The position numbers and the translations under genes are program-made. The notes under the pieces were generated by a model. It saw only the letters and a program-made list of their open reading frames with translations. It did not search any database and had not been told where the DNA came from. A stretch of 64,000 nucleotides of DNA, taken from Eutreptiella sp. 'Long Island Sound 2002' (lineage: Eukaryota; Protista; Euglenida). The stretch spans positions 181,412,001 through 181,476,000 of the forward strand of contig OZ038378.1 in the NCBI GenBank assembly GCA_964036045.1. The letters run 5' to 3'. Below, piece after piece: positions 11,438-22,298 of this stretch. Numbering within the stretch: position 1 is the stretch's first letter; every line of letters starts with the position of its first letter.

Positions 11438-12940
11438 TTACTCGCACAGGTACTTCACCCGGGCATCAAGTGTGCGTGCGTTCTTCAACGAGGCCAGCGC
11501 ATCGGCACCGGCCCCGACTGCATTGTACCGCATGTCGAGCGTGAGCTTGCGGAGCGCGGGCGCGTCCTTCAGCGCCGCAAGCGCCTGCGAGCCCTCGGCC
11601 CCCACCGAATTGGAGGCGAGGTCCAGGCGCAGCGTGTGCAGCACCGGCGCGTCCTTCAACGCCGCCAGCCCCTCGGCCCCGCCGTCGTGCACCAGATTGC
11701 ACGCCAGGATGAGCGTCAGGCTGTGCAGCGCCGGCGCGTCCCGCAAAGTGCCCAGCGCCCGGGCGCCCGCGACCCCCACCGAATTGCACTCGAGGTCCAG
11801 CGTGAGGGTGTGCAGCGCCGGCGCCTCCCGGAGCCCCGCGAGGGCCTGCGCGCCGCTCGCGCCCACGAAGTTGTGGAAGAGGTCGATGTAGAGGGTCTGG
11901 AGGGTGGTGGACGCCTTCAGCGCCGCGAGGCCCTGCGCCCCGGCGTCGCCCACCGAATTGGAGTTGAGCTGAATGGTCAGGCTGCGCAGCGCCGGCGCGT
12001 CCCCCAGTCCCCCGAGCGCCTGCGCCCCGTCGGCCCCGATGCGGTTGTACCGGAGGTCGAGGGCGAGGGTGTGGAGCGCGGGCGCGTCCCGGAGCGCCGC
12101 GATCGCCTCGGCCGCGCTCGGGCCCAGAGAGTCGGACGAGAGGTTGACTGTCAAGGCCGCGAGCGAGCGCGAGTGCCTCAAGGCCCCGATGGCCTGGGCC
12201 CCTGCGTCCCCGATGGCGATGCCCGGGAGGAGGAGGTCGAGGGTGTGCAGCGCCGGGGCGTCCTTCACCGCCGCGAGCCCGTGGCCGACGCTGCAGGAAT
12301 GGATGGTGAATTATGAATGTCGGGTGTAGCCACCCAACCGTGCGCGCGTGCGCGCAATCACACACACGTCAGGAACCACGAAACAAGAACGGAGCAAGAA
12401 AAGCGGTTAAGCAACCATGCGTAAACCATGTCCGGAAGGGTTTTCAGAGCCTACACACACAGCGCGCGCGCACACACACGCATACCATGGGGACCGCGAC
12501 AAAACCACAAAAAAAGCAGAAAATTGGGAAGACAAGAAAACTACTCGGGGCCTGCAGAGCAGCCCTAGACACACACACACGATTGCAAACGAACAAGCAC
12601 AACACCTGCCGCCGATCGGGTTGGCGCGCAGGTCCAGGACGAGGGTGTGCAGGTACGGGGCGTGCCGGATGGCGGCGAGGGCCGGGCCCCCGCTGGGGTC
12701 CTCCGTCAGCAGATTCTTCGCGAACTCGAACTCCAGCCGCCGGAACGCGCAGTGGGCCTGAGGCCCCGCGGGGGTGAGGAGGGCCACCATGCGCCGCAGG
12801 TCCGCGGGGGAGCGGCACCGCCACACCGCGCACCGCATGCCCAGGAGGTGCCGCAGGCGCTGGCAGACTTGGCCCAGCCGATCGGGCTGCACGAACCGGG
12901 CGATGAGGCTCCAGACTTCCAGCGGCAGTTGCATCCACAT
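11438..12940 (-). CDS. F-box-like / leucine-rich-repeat protein (RI-like 29-aa LRRs), 395 aa; exons 12606-12940 and 11438-12290
   Basis: N-terminus MWMQLPLEVWSLIARFVQPDRLGQVCQRLRHLL fits the F-box pattern. About 10 repeats of DAPALHTLxLDLxxNxIGxxGAQALxxL. GT-AG intron 12291-12605 joins in frame; total 1188 nt ending in TAA. Confidence 0.88.
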
Positions 12941-13030
12941 GTCTGGGCCTGCGACGGAGGACGCGCACTGCAGCGCGGAGGGTAAGTGATCAGACCATGG
13001 GACCAAAGACCCTCGAATTGCGGACCTCAG

Positions 13031-13345
13031 GGGCTGTTTCAGGTAAAGGTAAAGGTAAGTTGCTCGGGCGATCTCCGAACTCCAGCGTATCAGTGATCCC
13101 TACCTGTCCCTCGCAGCATCCCTTCCGGCTCGCGGGGTCACCGACACCCTAGCGCCTAGGACACTGCGTTCCGCCCCCACCGGGGTTCGAACCGACGCTG
13201 CATCCTTTTCGGCTTGCGGGGTCACCGACACCCTAGCGCCTAGGATATTGCGTTTGGCCTCCACCGGGATTCGAACCGAGCACCTTTAGTTCAGGCGTCA
13301 CGTGCATGACCGCTGAACTACGAGACCTTCGTGGGCTGTTTCAGG
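13031..13345 (-). mobile_element. tRNA-derived SINE with 13-bp target-site duplication and (TTTACC)n tail
   Basis: TSD gggctgtttcagg at 13031-13043 and 13333-13345. Head 13256-13327 has box A (TAGTTCAGCGG) and box B (GGTTCGAATCC). An 84-bp internal duplication carries a second B box; the 3' end is ttacc-tttacc-tttacc. Confidence 0.85.
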
Positions 13346-15559
13346 GCCGTGGGAAACGCGAGGGGGACGCGCACTAAATTTGGGGCTATGGGACGAAAAG
13401 GGGGGGAGCAGTCCTCACATCGTGACGTTTTCACATTCGAATAATCCAGCGCTGTTGCGGAACTGGGGATGTACGCTGGGCTGCACAGTTGATGACCATT
13501 GGTCCGGCATTAGATTTCCTTGGTTTTTTTTTTGGTCTAGACCAAGATGAGCTGGCGTATCCTGCTCGCCGTGTACTCGAGACAACCGCTCGGAATGAAG
13601 GTTCAGAGCTGTCCAGTTATACGATGATCCCACAAAAAACTGTGGTAGCGGACCTGACACGTAGTGAGGATTAGCTGAAACAAGCTTACCATCGGTTTGT
13701 AATTAAAACAAACAGTTCCCTGTTGTTGGCAAGAAAAAAGTGCCCCTTGAAAGGGGGAGCGAGGGGGGTACCTCAGCATACATGAGTCAAAATGATCCTA
13801 CATGAATCGCTGATGATGTGTGCATCATTGGGGGGAAACAACTTTTCAAAAGGTGGTCTGTCCGATTTCTAGCCACCGCTGGTCCTCAGGCGGGCTGGCA
13901 GAGAGCCCGGCGAGCATGGAGGTCCAACTCCCCCGCCGCCCCCCCTCCTCGCTCCTTGGTCCGACTCCGTGCCCTCCCTCCCCTCGGCTACCAACTTTCT
14001 AGGTGTCCAAAATGGTAGCTTCGTCTCAGCTCGGCCCCGCCAACCCACTACCCCATCACAAATGGTGGACACAGCACCGGATGCCGCTTGGACATGGGGC
14101 CTTTGCGACATGCATCCCCTGGACATTGTATCCGAACATGGGACACTTTGGGATACGGGGTACCACACCTCTTCAGGCAGCCAGAATAGCAAAGCAAAGC
14201 ACAGTTGGTGTTTGCCCCCTCACAAAATGCCCCCTGAGGAGAGCAAACCCTTGGGTTCAGGACCTGTGAAAATATCCATCCGTCTTGCCCTATTCAGCGC
14301 CTCCCAAAGTGAAAATACATAAGATGGCCCCTTGGGAGCAACCACCATCCTAGTTTGGGGTCTCCTTGCTGGATTGTCGATTTTTCCTACCCTTGTCCAA
14401 GTAGCAGAAGAGCAAACTACAGCTCTTCCAGCCTAGCCACCAGTTAATTTCCTGTTGCTTGATCGAGCCAGACGGCCAAATCTCCGCACAACGCGCGCAC
14501 TGTGTGCGCGCCGCGTCAGGTGCTCCCCCCTTTGCTATCATCCATCCACATGTGGTGCAATGGCAACTGGTGTTCTTGGAACAGGACGCTAGTGGCACGA
14601 CACTCAAAGAAAAGTGAAAACTACTTTTTGCTGTTCTTTTGTGTGGGTACAACTACACCTAATTTGTTTGGTTTTATCATGGCAGCCACCAAGGGAAAAA
14701 TTCCACTCTGACCACCATTGCTACTTGGAGAGGTGGATTGAGGCACACTCACTCAAACGGACATTTTGGCTCACTTCGGGTTGGAAATTGAGCAGCCGGA
14801 TGACCGCACCCACAGCCGGATGACCCCACCCACAGCCGTTCAAGCTGCCTTTGTAGTTTTCCAGAAGATATGTACATCTGAACCTAGCATGTAGTGCACC
14901 TGTCTCTGTACCATCTACAGTGGATCTCCGTTCTAGGCTGCATTTTCACTTTCCGCCGTCTCCACCGCCCCTATAGACATTTTGGGTGCCCCAAGCATGA
15001 CCAAGGCAATGAAGCCATGGTGCAGATGGAGGGATACGCGGAAGGGGGATGAGGAGGAACCAATTGGTGGGCATTGGATATTAGATATTGGACGGGCAAT
15101 GAATACACTGTACACACACACACAGTGTACAAAAGAGTACTTGGTTAGTCTAAGCAGCAAACAGCCAAAGAGGGGAGGGGGGCCAAAGAGAATAAATGGA
15201 GGCCGGGAGGCTCACAAACGTCATACAAATGAAGAAGGAAGGGGAATGAGGAGGAACCCATGGCTATTGGATAAAAAGCAGCTAAAAAAATTGTCCAAGA
15301 GATGAGTTGCTTGAGATTTAAGGAAAGAGGGAGAAACTAACAGAGCCTCTTGTACCCCCTAAGAATGCGGTAATATCACTTTCAATGTCTTGAATGTGCT
15401 TGCCAAAGCCAAAAAAAAAATGGCATGCTAGCAGGCGAGCTCTTCCCTTTGGTTCTATTTGCAGCAGCTAGTACAGCGAGCTCAAGCATTGATAGCTGCA
15501 AATCCAAACATTAAATGTTGGGGTCCGAAGGGCTTTACAGCGATGTCTTTTGCGCCAAA

Positions 15560-18150
15560 ACCCTCCCCAAAGAACCAAAAAAAAGGGCTACATAACTTGT
15601 GCTATCAAGGATTCCAAATGAATCAAAAGAGGCAGCACAACCCCTACCATCTCAGTGTCCCCATAGCAGGGAGGAATCCATAGGGCTACATAACCATTGC
15701 CGTCTCAGAATCCCCATAGAGGGGAGGTATCAAAAAGGCTAAATCACCCTTGCTATCTGTTGAGTTCCCAAGCTGGGAGGGATTCCAAACTGCTACATGA
15801 CTCCTGCCATCTTGGGTTCCCCACAACAATGATGAATCAAAAGAGGCGGCATAACACATGTTGTCGCAACGTCCCCAAAGTGGGGCATAATCAACCAGGT
15901 CTACATAACCCATGACGTCTCGGGGAAGCCAAAGAGGGGAGGAATCAAAAAGGCTACGTAACACCTGCCGTCTCAGGGTCCCCAAGGCGGGGAGGAATCC
16001 AAAAAAGGCAACAAAACCCCTGCCATAGTTGGGTTCCACACGGCGGGGAGGAATAAATAAAGGCGACATAACCCACGCCGTCTTGGGGTCCCCAAATGGG
16101 GGGGGAATCAAAGAGCTTACGCACTCCCTACCATCTTGGGATCGGCTACATGACCCTTCGTACTCTAAGGGTCCCCACAGCTAGGAGGAACCATCAAGGC
16201 TTTAGAACCCCTCCTGCCTCGGGTTTCCCACAACTAGGAGGAATTAAAAAAAAAGAGGCTCAATCATCTCTGCCGTCCCAAGGTCTTGAAAAGGGGGGTG
16301 AGTCAAAAGGGATACATAATCCTTGCTGTCGCAAGATCTCAAGTGGTGACTAACCAAACACTTACATAAGCCCTATTGTCTTGGGGTTCTAAAGCAAGGA
16401 GAATCAACTGAGCTCCATCACCCCTATTGTTCAAGCTGCTGCAAAGCGGGGAGCAATCAAACAAGGATACATAATCCTACCGCTCCGGGGTCCACACAGA
16501 GAGGAGGTATCAAAAATGCTACATAAGCCCTACCGTTACAGGGTCCACAAAGCAGCAAGGATTCAAAAAACCTACATAGGGGGAGCGTTTGCCCCGCACG
16601 TGCCATGCGCGCTACTTTTGTTATGACTTTCCCAGATTCAATCCCCAAGTTCACCATTACCCAATGAAGCCTTGGGATGGGGAATGTGATGACAGTCGTG
16701 TTGGGGAGCGACCGCGAACCGGGCTTCCATGAACAAGGGGGAACTTTTGGAGGGACGTGGATGGTGGTGGAGACTCGAGAATAGGGATACCAAAGGTGAT
16801 GGAGTCCATGGGGCATCAATGATTGACGGCTTACACACCACCTTGATCATACTCCAGCTCCACATGCCCATCGTGCAAAAGGCCAACCACATTCGTGGGT
16901 ACCCGAAGCCCAGTAGACCCGCTGTAGAACACCCTATCCCCAATGCCCAACTCCATAACAAACAGCAAAAGAGGTCCGAGGACACGAGGGGCAGAGAGTG
17001 ATGCTCCACAACAGACACACAGAATGTATAACCATGTGCCTAGCTCGGCATGCCTATTTCACAATACACATAGATGCACCTTGTAGCCGTGAAACGTATC
17101 ACACTAGGTGAACTGGGGGACAATAGGTGAGGGAAAAGGGCTGGTCCATATCCCCAACTAGAAAGGGGCCAATCCATATCCCCAATTGGAAAGGGGCCGA
17201 TCCATATCCCAACCAGAAAGGGGCAAGTCCACAAGGAGAAATCATCCCAAATTGCCCCATCCAACCCACCCACCTACCCACTCACCCATCTTAGGAGTAG
17301 AATCCACCCCAAAATCACGGGTATGAATCAAAAATAGCCCAAAGAGATGCCCTGCGCACCCTGCGCACTAATGCTCCCTCATAACCTATCCTAGCGCGGC
17401 GTCTTCAAGTAGGGGGGAATCAAACGAGAAACATGACCCCGACCGCCATGGGTCCCTAGAGCAGGGATCGAGTAATCCTAACCACGGTGTCTCAAGCGTC
17501 TCCCTACAGCTAAGAGGAATCAAAAAGGTCACATAACCCTTGCCGTCTTGGGGTCTACATGGTAGGGAGGAATCCAAATGGATACACAACCCCTACTATC
17601 ACGGGTTTTTTTTTTGTGTTCCGGCGCTAGGCGTGTGCACTTGCCCCTCGGAGGGCCCAGGGTCACGAGCTCGCATGGACAGTAGGTCTAGAACCATGTA
17701 CAATCTCCATCTTGGGACCTGTAGTTTCACACGGGTGAGGTGAGTCCCCAAGGAGGACACCACAAGGGGCAAGACTTGGGTGTAGACTGTCATCCCGGTT
17801 GAAGAACCCGGATCAATACTACTATCGTGAGAGTCCATTGTCTACTTGTTGTGTGCAATCGCTCTCTTCACCACAACACGACGTTGAAAACCCCGGGTCG
17901 CTTCATCGGCATAACGCCTGCTATCACGGGATCTCCAAATTGTGAAGAATCAAAGAGGCTACACGGCTCTTGCTGTTTTGGAACACCAAATTTCCGGCGC
18001 TACAAAAGGTTGATGACAGATAGAAGCTCGGAGCAATCAGATAGCAAATACATGCTATATCTAGGTCCCCACAATGGGGGAGGAGTCAAAGAGAATACAT
18101 GACCCCTGTTGTCTGCATGTTGCCATAGCAAAGAGGATTCAAAAGGGGTA
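15560..18150 (+). repeat. Degenerate ~53-bp minisatellite array, interrupted by other repeats
   Basis: Consensus-like unit ggggtccccanagnggggaggaatcaaaaaggctacataacccctgccgtct; ctacataac motifs at 15686, 15793, 15901 and 15954 (multiples of ~53-54 bp); interrupted at about 16560-17400. Confidence 0.8.
17133..17230 (+). repeat. About 28-bp tandem repeat, roughly 3.5 copies
   Basis: aaagggg...tccatatcccc repeated at about 17135, 17162, 17190 and 17217. Confidence 0.8.
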
Positions 18151-20153
18151 CATTGGGGAACGGTACAAGCCGGGTGGTTTTAAATTTTTTCGGACCGTGG
18201 AGGCCAAAACAAAAATGCGATAAATGGCTATTTTCTAGCGCTGCGTGCAAATTTCCCCAAGAGTAAACCGTAGAGCTTGTAAGCGCGCATCAAATGGCCC
18301 ACATTTCGGGCAATTTCAGCGTGGTTGGACCAAGTTATGGCCATTTTGGATGTCCACCTGGCCACAGCCAGGCCAAAATCTTCCGAACGGAAAACCAAAT
18401 CCTTGGTGAAGAATTGTGTCTCCCAAAATGATGATTTTACAGGGGTTACACATCCTATGCGACGTGAGTACCCCCAAAAAGTGGCGTACATGGTGCTCAC
18501 GCCTGCGCTTGATCTAAGAACCCTCTTCGACGTAATTACCGGCTCAAAATGAGAAGAACGCCAAAGTATTTCTGGTTTCAAGGCCATTTTCTGACCCCGG
18601 CGTGGCAGGGATCCACCATAACTGAACCCAGCTGGTCCCTGAACAAGAGAAACACTCACACACGCAATAAACACAGTGACAGCTGAGGTGCGATGTATCC
18701 CAAACTGGTGCAGGGTAACGTCTCATGGGCGGGCCGATCTCGGGATGCAAAGCAATCTGCCTCCCAGTTCGACCTGAACCAAACCGGACAAGAGCCATGA
18801 GCTCCTGACCGCATCACACATGAAACCAGCACCAGGCAACAGATTGAAGGAGTATCAGAGGGCCAGTTCTAGTGCTCGGCACTGTTCTATTCGAACAATT
18901 CGCATATTCGGGGTTCAGGTCCACCACCGCCCGGACCTCACAGCAGTGTGCAAACTGTACAAACATCTGAAGGACGGGCACACAATCATCCTAAACCCAC
19001 GTGTATGTCCATAAACCAAGGTTTTCAAAAAAACGTCCGGACCCTGCCTCACGGCACCCGCCTCACAACGCCCGTTTCAGGGCCCCTGCCTCACAACACC
19101 CGCCTCACAACACCCACCTCGTGGGGACCCGCCGCACCGCACGATCAGAAGCGCCTCAAAATGCGTGGCCTGGTGATTCAAACGTGTACGCACCAAACGC
19201 GAAATCTGTCGCAAAGAAGCAGCTGCTTCCTGAACGTCACATGAGGAGGGGGGAAATGCAATGGGGGGGGGGGGCGTCCGTCCAATAAGCCTCCCCAGAT
19301 CGGAGGGCATGGGGTCGGGAAAGAGGGCTCTCGTGGCAGACCCTACAGACTAGGGTGGTCCTGAAGGCTGGCGGCGGCTGGAGAAATGGGACCGCACAGC
19401 CTTAGTTCTCCCGCATGATGCACGGTTTGAGTCAGGTACGTAAGAGTACTCCAGACCCCCCTATGGCCCCTGCCCCTGCGTGTTCCCGGACTCTGAACTG
19501 CCGAGGGTGGGGCGGGCAACACTGGAATGCTGTGAAGAAAACCTGTGCAGTACTGCCGGCAGGCGCTGCATCCCGTCAACAAGCCATGCGAGCAAGGACG
19601 TGGGGCAAAGGGCAGGAATTCTCACAAGTCAGGAAATGGGTTTTTCGTGTTTTTGATCACAGATTCGGTTTGGTTGGGCTTAGTTTCCGGCTGGAGCGGG
19701 GCGGGGCCGGGAGGGGGCGATAGAGCCCCTCTGGCCAGGCCCCAGATTCCACATACAATGGGAATCAGTGCAACCAACGGATCCGGGAAAATCATCATTT
19801 GGGATTCGGTGACAACTTTGTTGACGGCGTTTGGCGCCAGATTGCAGTGATTAGCTAATGGTCCCTGTTCATTGAGCCCCCAGCCCAGACCCTCGCCCCT
19901 TGGGCCATTGAAAGACCGCATCCCGCTCCGTGCTCACCGACTGCTTCTGTTTATGCGTTGTGCATGCTGCTGCCGCTGGTGCTGGTGCCGGTGCCGGCCG
20001 GTGCTGGTGTTGGTGCCCGTGCTGGTGCTGGTGCTTGCCGACAGTTCCATGCAACCCGCTCTACTCAAAGCACCTCGTTGCTGCATCCCTAGAACCAGCC
20101 ATAGTCCGATGCGGCGACCCACATCCCGCTTCATTTTCATCCTCAAGCAACCT

Positions 20154-22298
20154 TCAGCTCTGCCAAGAGCCCAAGCCCTCGTCCTCCTCGAACACCAGTT
20201 CCCAATCGGCGGCGTGCCCACTGGTCGTCGGTGTGCAGCCCAGAGCGCAGTACGTTTGGCCACAAGCGTCCGCAAACATCGGGGCGTCACAGCGACCGCA
20301 GCGGCCCCGGGGCGTGTAACGCTCCACAGCCCTGTCCACCGCAGTGCTGACCTCGGTAGAGATGCGTTGGATGGACCCGCGTCGCCGCACGGCAACTTCG
20401 TGCAAGACCCGCTCATGGTACAGCACCGCCACACGAATGCCCTGCGACTCCCCCGACCTACTCCAGACCTGAACCCTAACGCCCATCCCGAGGGCACGGC
20501 ACAATTTGAGAGACCCCGGCCCGGGGCCTTTCGGTCGCCTCCGCCTCTTGCGTCTACGAGAAAATCGCGGGAAATCACCATCGACAACGTCGTGCAGAAA
20601 TCGCGAGAAGTCGCGGTCCGCGTCGTCGTGTCCAAATCGCGAGAACTCGCGGTCCGCGTCGTCGTGTCCAAATCGCGAGAACTCGCGGTCCGCGTCGTCG
20701 TGTCCAAATCGCGAGAACTCGCGGTCCGCGTCGTCGTGTCCAAATCGCGAGAACTCGCGATCAGCATCGTCATCGGCGCACCCCAGGCCGCCCCAGCCCC
20801 TCTGTGGCTGCTCACGCGCACTCTCGTCCACCCACCCCCCGCCGCATCGGGCCTTTCGGAGCTCCGCCTCCAACAGCTGCTTGGCCCGCGTCGAGCCGTC
20901 GTACGGAGTGCCGTGCTCGTGCCCAGCCCCCACAGCGCCGAACTCGACGCCGAAGAAGTAGCCGTCCCCCATCCGTGGGTCCCATCGCGGCTCGGCGTCG
21001 TGTCGGGGACCGTCGTCGTACCCCCCGTACCCCTCATACCCCTCGTACACCTCGTCCACGTCCTCGAACGCCTCGACCGGGGGCCTCTGAAAGGGCGCGT
21101 AGCACTCGGCCCAGTCCTCCCTCCCCCCGCCTGCGTACGCCTCGGCACCCTGCGGCCCCGTGTGCCGGGGCTCTGCGCGTTTCCAGGCCCACTGTCGGAG
21201 CCACTCGCTGTCGCGGCCCCTGCGGCCTGGCGTCTCCCCAGCCTCCGGTTCGCCCCAGCCCCAAGCCGAGCCCCGGTCCCACTCCCCATCGGACCGCCGT
21301 GGTGCACGGGGCCACGCCCGCTGCGGGGCCCCGGCCGCCGGCGGCGGCGGCGCGCGCGCGACCCTCTCCGCGTCGTACAGGCGCCGCTCCGCCGGGCTCG
21401 ACAGGACGCGGTACGCCTCGGCGACGGCGCGAAATTCCGCTTGGGCCTGCGCGTGCGCGTTCACGTCCGGGTGCTTTGCCTTGGCCTCGCGGCGGTAGGC
21501 GCGCTTAATCTCCTCGCTCGTGGCCGTGGGCGCCAGCCCCAAGGCCCCGTAGTGATCCGCCGCTGCAGCCGTCGCCAGCGCAACCCACGTCGGATGCCCG
21601 TCCCCCTGCGGGTGACGTGCCGCGCAGCCCCCGCCGGCCCCGGCGGCTGTTGCCGCACCGGCCCCGGACACAGGCCCGGGACGTAACATGTTGGGACGGG
21701 GGCGGCGGCGCACGTGGATGGCCATGATCGCACTGCCCAGTCCACACAATGCCCCAAGGCCCCACATTGCCCAATGCACCAGCCTCATGTACCCCCAGCG
21801 GTACGCCGGGCGCCGGCACGACGCGGAGCCATGCTCCCCCCGGGCCTCTGCCGATGCAGCAGCAATACGTTGCCACGTCCCCTCACACGCCGCCGCCGCA
21901 ACGTGCGGGGCGTGCGCAGTGACTGCGACGCCGCGGATAGAGGCCGGTATGCGTGGGAGCGAGGGGGGGGCGTGGGGCCCGCGGAGCTGTGGGGACCGCT
22001 GCTGACGTCCGGTGTGCGACCCGGTGCTGCAGTGCCGTGTGTGCCCGCAAAACGGACCCGCGGGTGCTGTCACGGCAGCATCCCGGACCTGCTGCCATGC
22101 TGCTGCCTGCCTCGTAGAAGGAGCAAAGTGCACGTGCACCGTCGTGAGCCAAGACGAGGTCGGAGGCCAACAAGTCCCGGCGACGAGGCACAAAGCTATG
22201 CACCAAAGGCAGCACAACGGGCGGTGTGGGTTGGGCTTCGTACTTTGCCATGGCACGGCATTGAAGGGAATACTCCGTGTGCTTGTTGGGAGGTGCAT
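20154..22298 (-). CDS. J-domain (DnaJ type III) protein with bipartite presequence, probably plastid-targeted; about 714 aa if intronless
   Basis: J domain DHYGALGLAPTATSEEIKRAYRREAKAKHPDVN...AYRVLSSPAERRLYD with HPD at 21465-21473. Upstream in frame: hydrophobic LCCLWCIALCLVAG, an S/T/A-rich spacer, then a second hydrophobic segment followed by RRRPRP. The start Met at 22298 is inferred; small introns cannot be excluded. Confidence 0.8.
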   Translation of the reverse strand: MHLPTSTRSIPFNAVPWQSTKPNPHRPLCCLWCIALCLVAGTCWPPTSSWLTTVHVHFAPSTRQAAAWQQVRDAAVTAPAGPFCGHTRHCSTGSHTGRQQRSPQLRGPHAPPSLPRIPASIRGVAVTAHAPHVAAAACEGTWQRIAAASAEARGEHGSASCRRPAYRWGYMRLVHWAMWGLGALCGLGSAIMAIHVRRRPRPNMLRPGPVSGAGAATAAGAGGGCAARHPQGDGHPTWVALATAAAADHYGALGLAPTATSEEIKRAYRREAKAKHPDVNAHAQAQAEFRAVAEAYRVLSSPAERRLYDAERVARAPPPPAAGAPQRAWPRAPRRSDGEWDRGSAWGWGEPEAGETPGRRGRDSEWLRQWAWKRAEPRHTGPQGAEAYAGGGREDWAECYAPFQRPPVEAFEDVDEVYEGYEGYGGYDDGPRHDAEPRWDPRMGDGYFFGVEFGAVGAGHEHGTPYDGSTRAKQLLEAELRKARCGGGWVDESAREQPQRGWGGLGCADDDADREFSRFGHDDADREFSRFGHDDADREFSRFGHDDADREFSRFGHDDADRDFSRFLHDVVDGDFPRFSRRRKRRRRPKGPGPGSLKLCRALGMGVRVQVWSRSGESQGIRVAVLYHERVLHEVAVRRRGSIQRISTEVSTAVDRAVERYTPRGRCGRCDAPMFADACGQTYCALGCTPTTSGHAADWELVFEEDEGLGSWQS
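20598..20777 (-). repeat. 36-bp coding tandem repeat x5 (DDADREFSRFGH)
   Basis: Unit aaatcgcgagaactcgcggtccgcgtcgtcgtgtcc at 20598, 20634, 20670, 20706 and 20742; in frame within the DnaJ ORF. Confidence 0.92.

Noticed and set aside
11466-12365. Several long overlapping ORFs around the LRR gene
   Set aside because: Shadows of a high-GC3 repeat-coding sequence; only one frame gives LRR consensus.
13256-13327. Functional tRNA gene
   Set aside because: Mismatched T-stem, no canonical anticodon loop, and embedded in a TSD-flanked element, so treated as a SINE head.
13690-14700. Possible retroelement gag/RT remnant with a Cys cluster
   Set aside because: Fragmented frames with no diagnostic motif that I could confirm.
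15560-18150. CRISPR-like array (also considered for the 36-bp repeats at 20598-20777)
   Set aside because: Units are contiguous or degenerate without unique spacers; eukaryotic context and no cas genes.
19872-21686. 604-aa plus-strand ORF (and the 457-aa alternative minus frame)
   Set aside because: Antisense or alternate-frame shadow of the GC-rich DnaJ CDS; no motifs, and the stop-free 36-bp repeat helps keep it open.
1041-22298. Proteostasis gene cluster (Ubl, WW, F-box, DnaJ)
   Set aside because: These domain families are abundant in eukaryotes; same-strand adjacency alone is not evidence of functional linkage.
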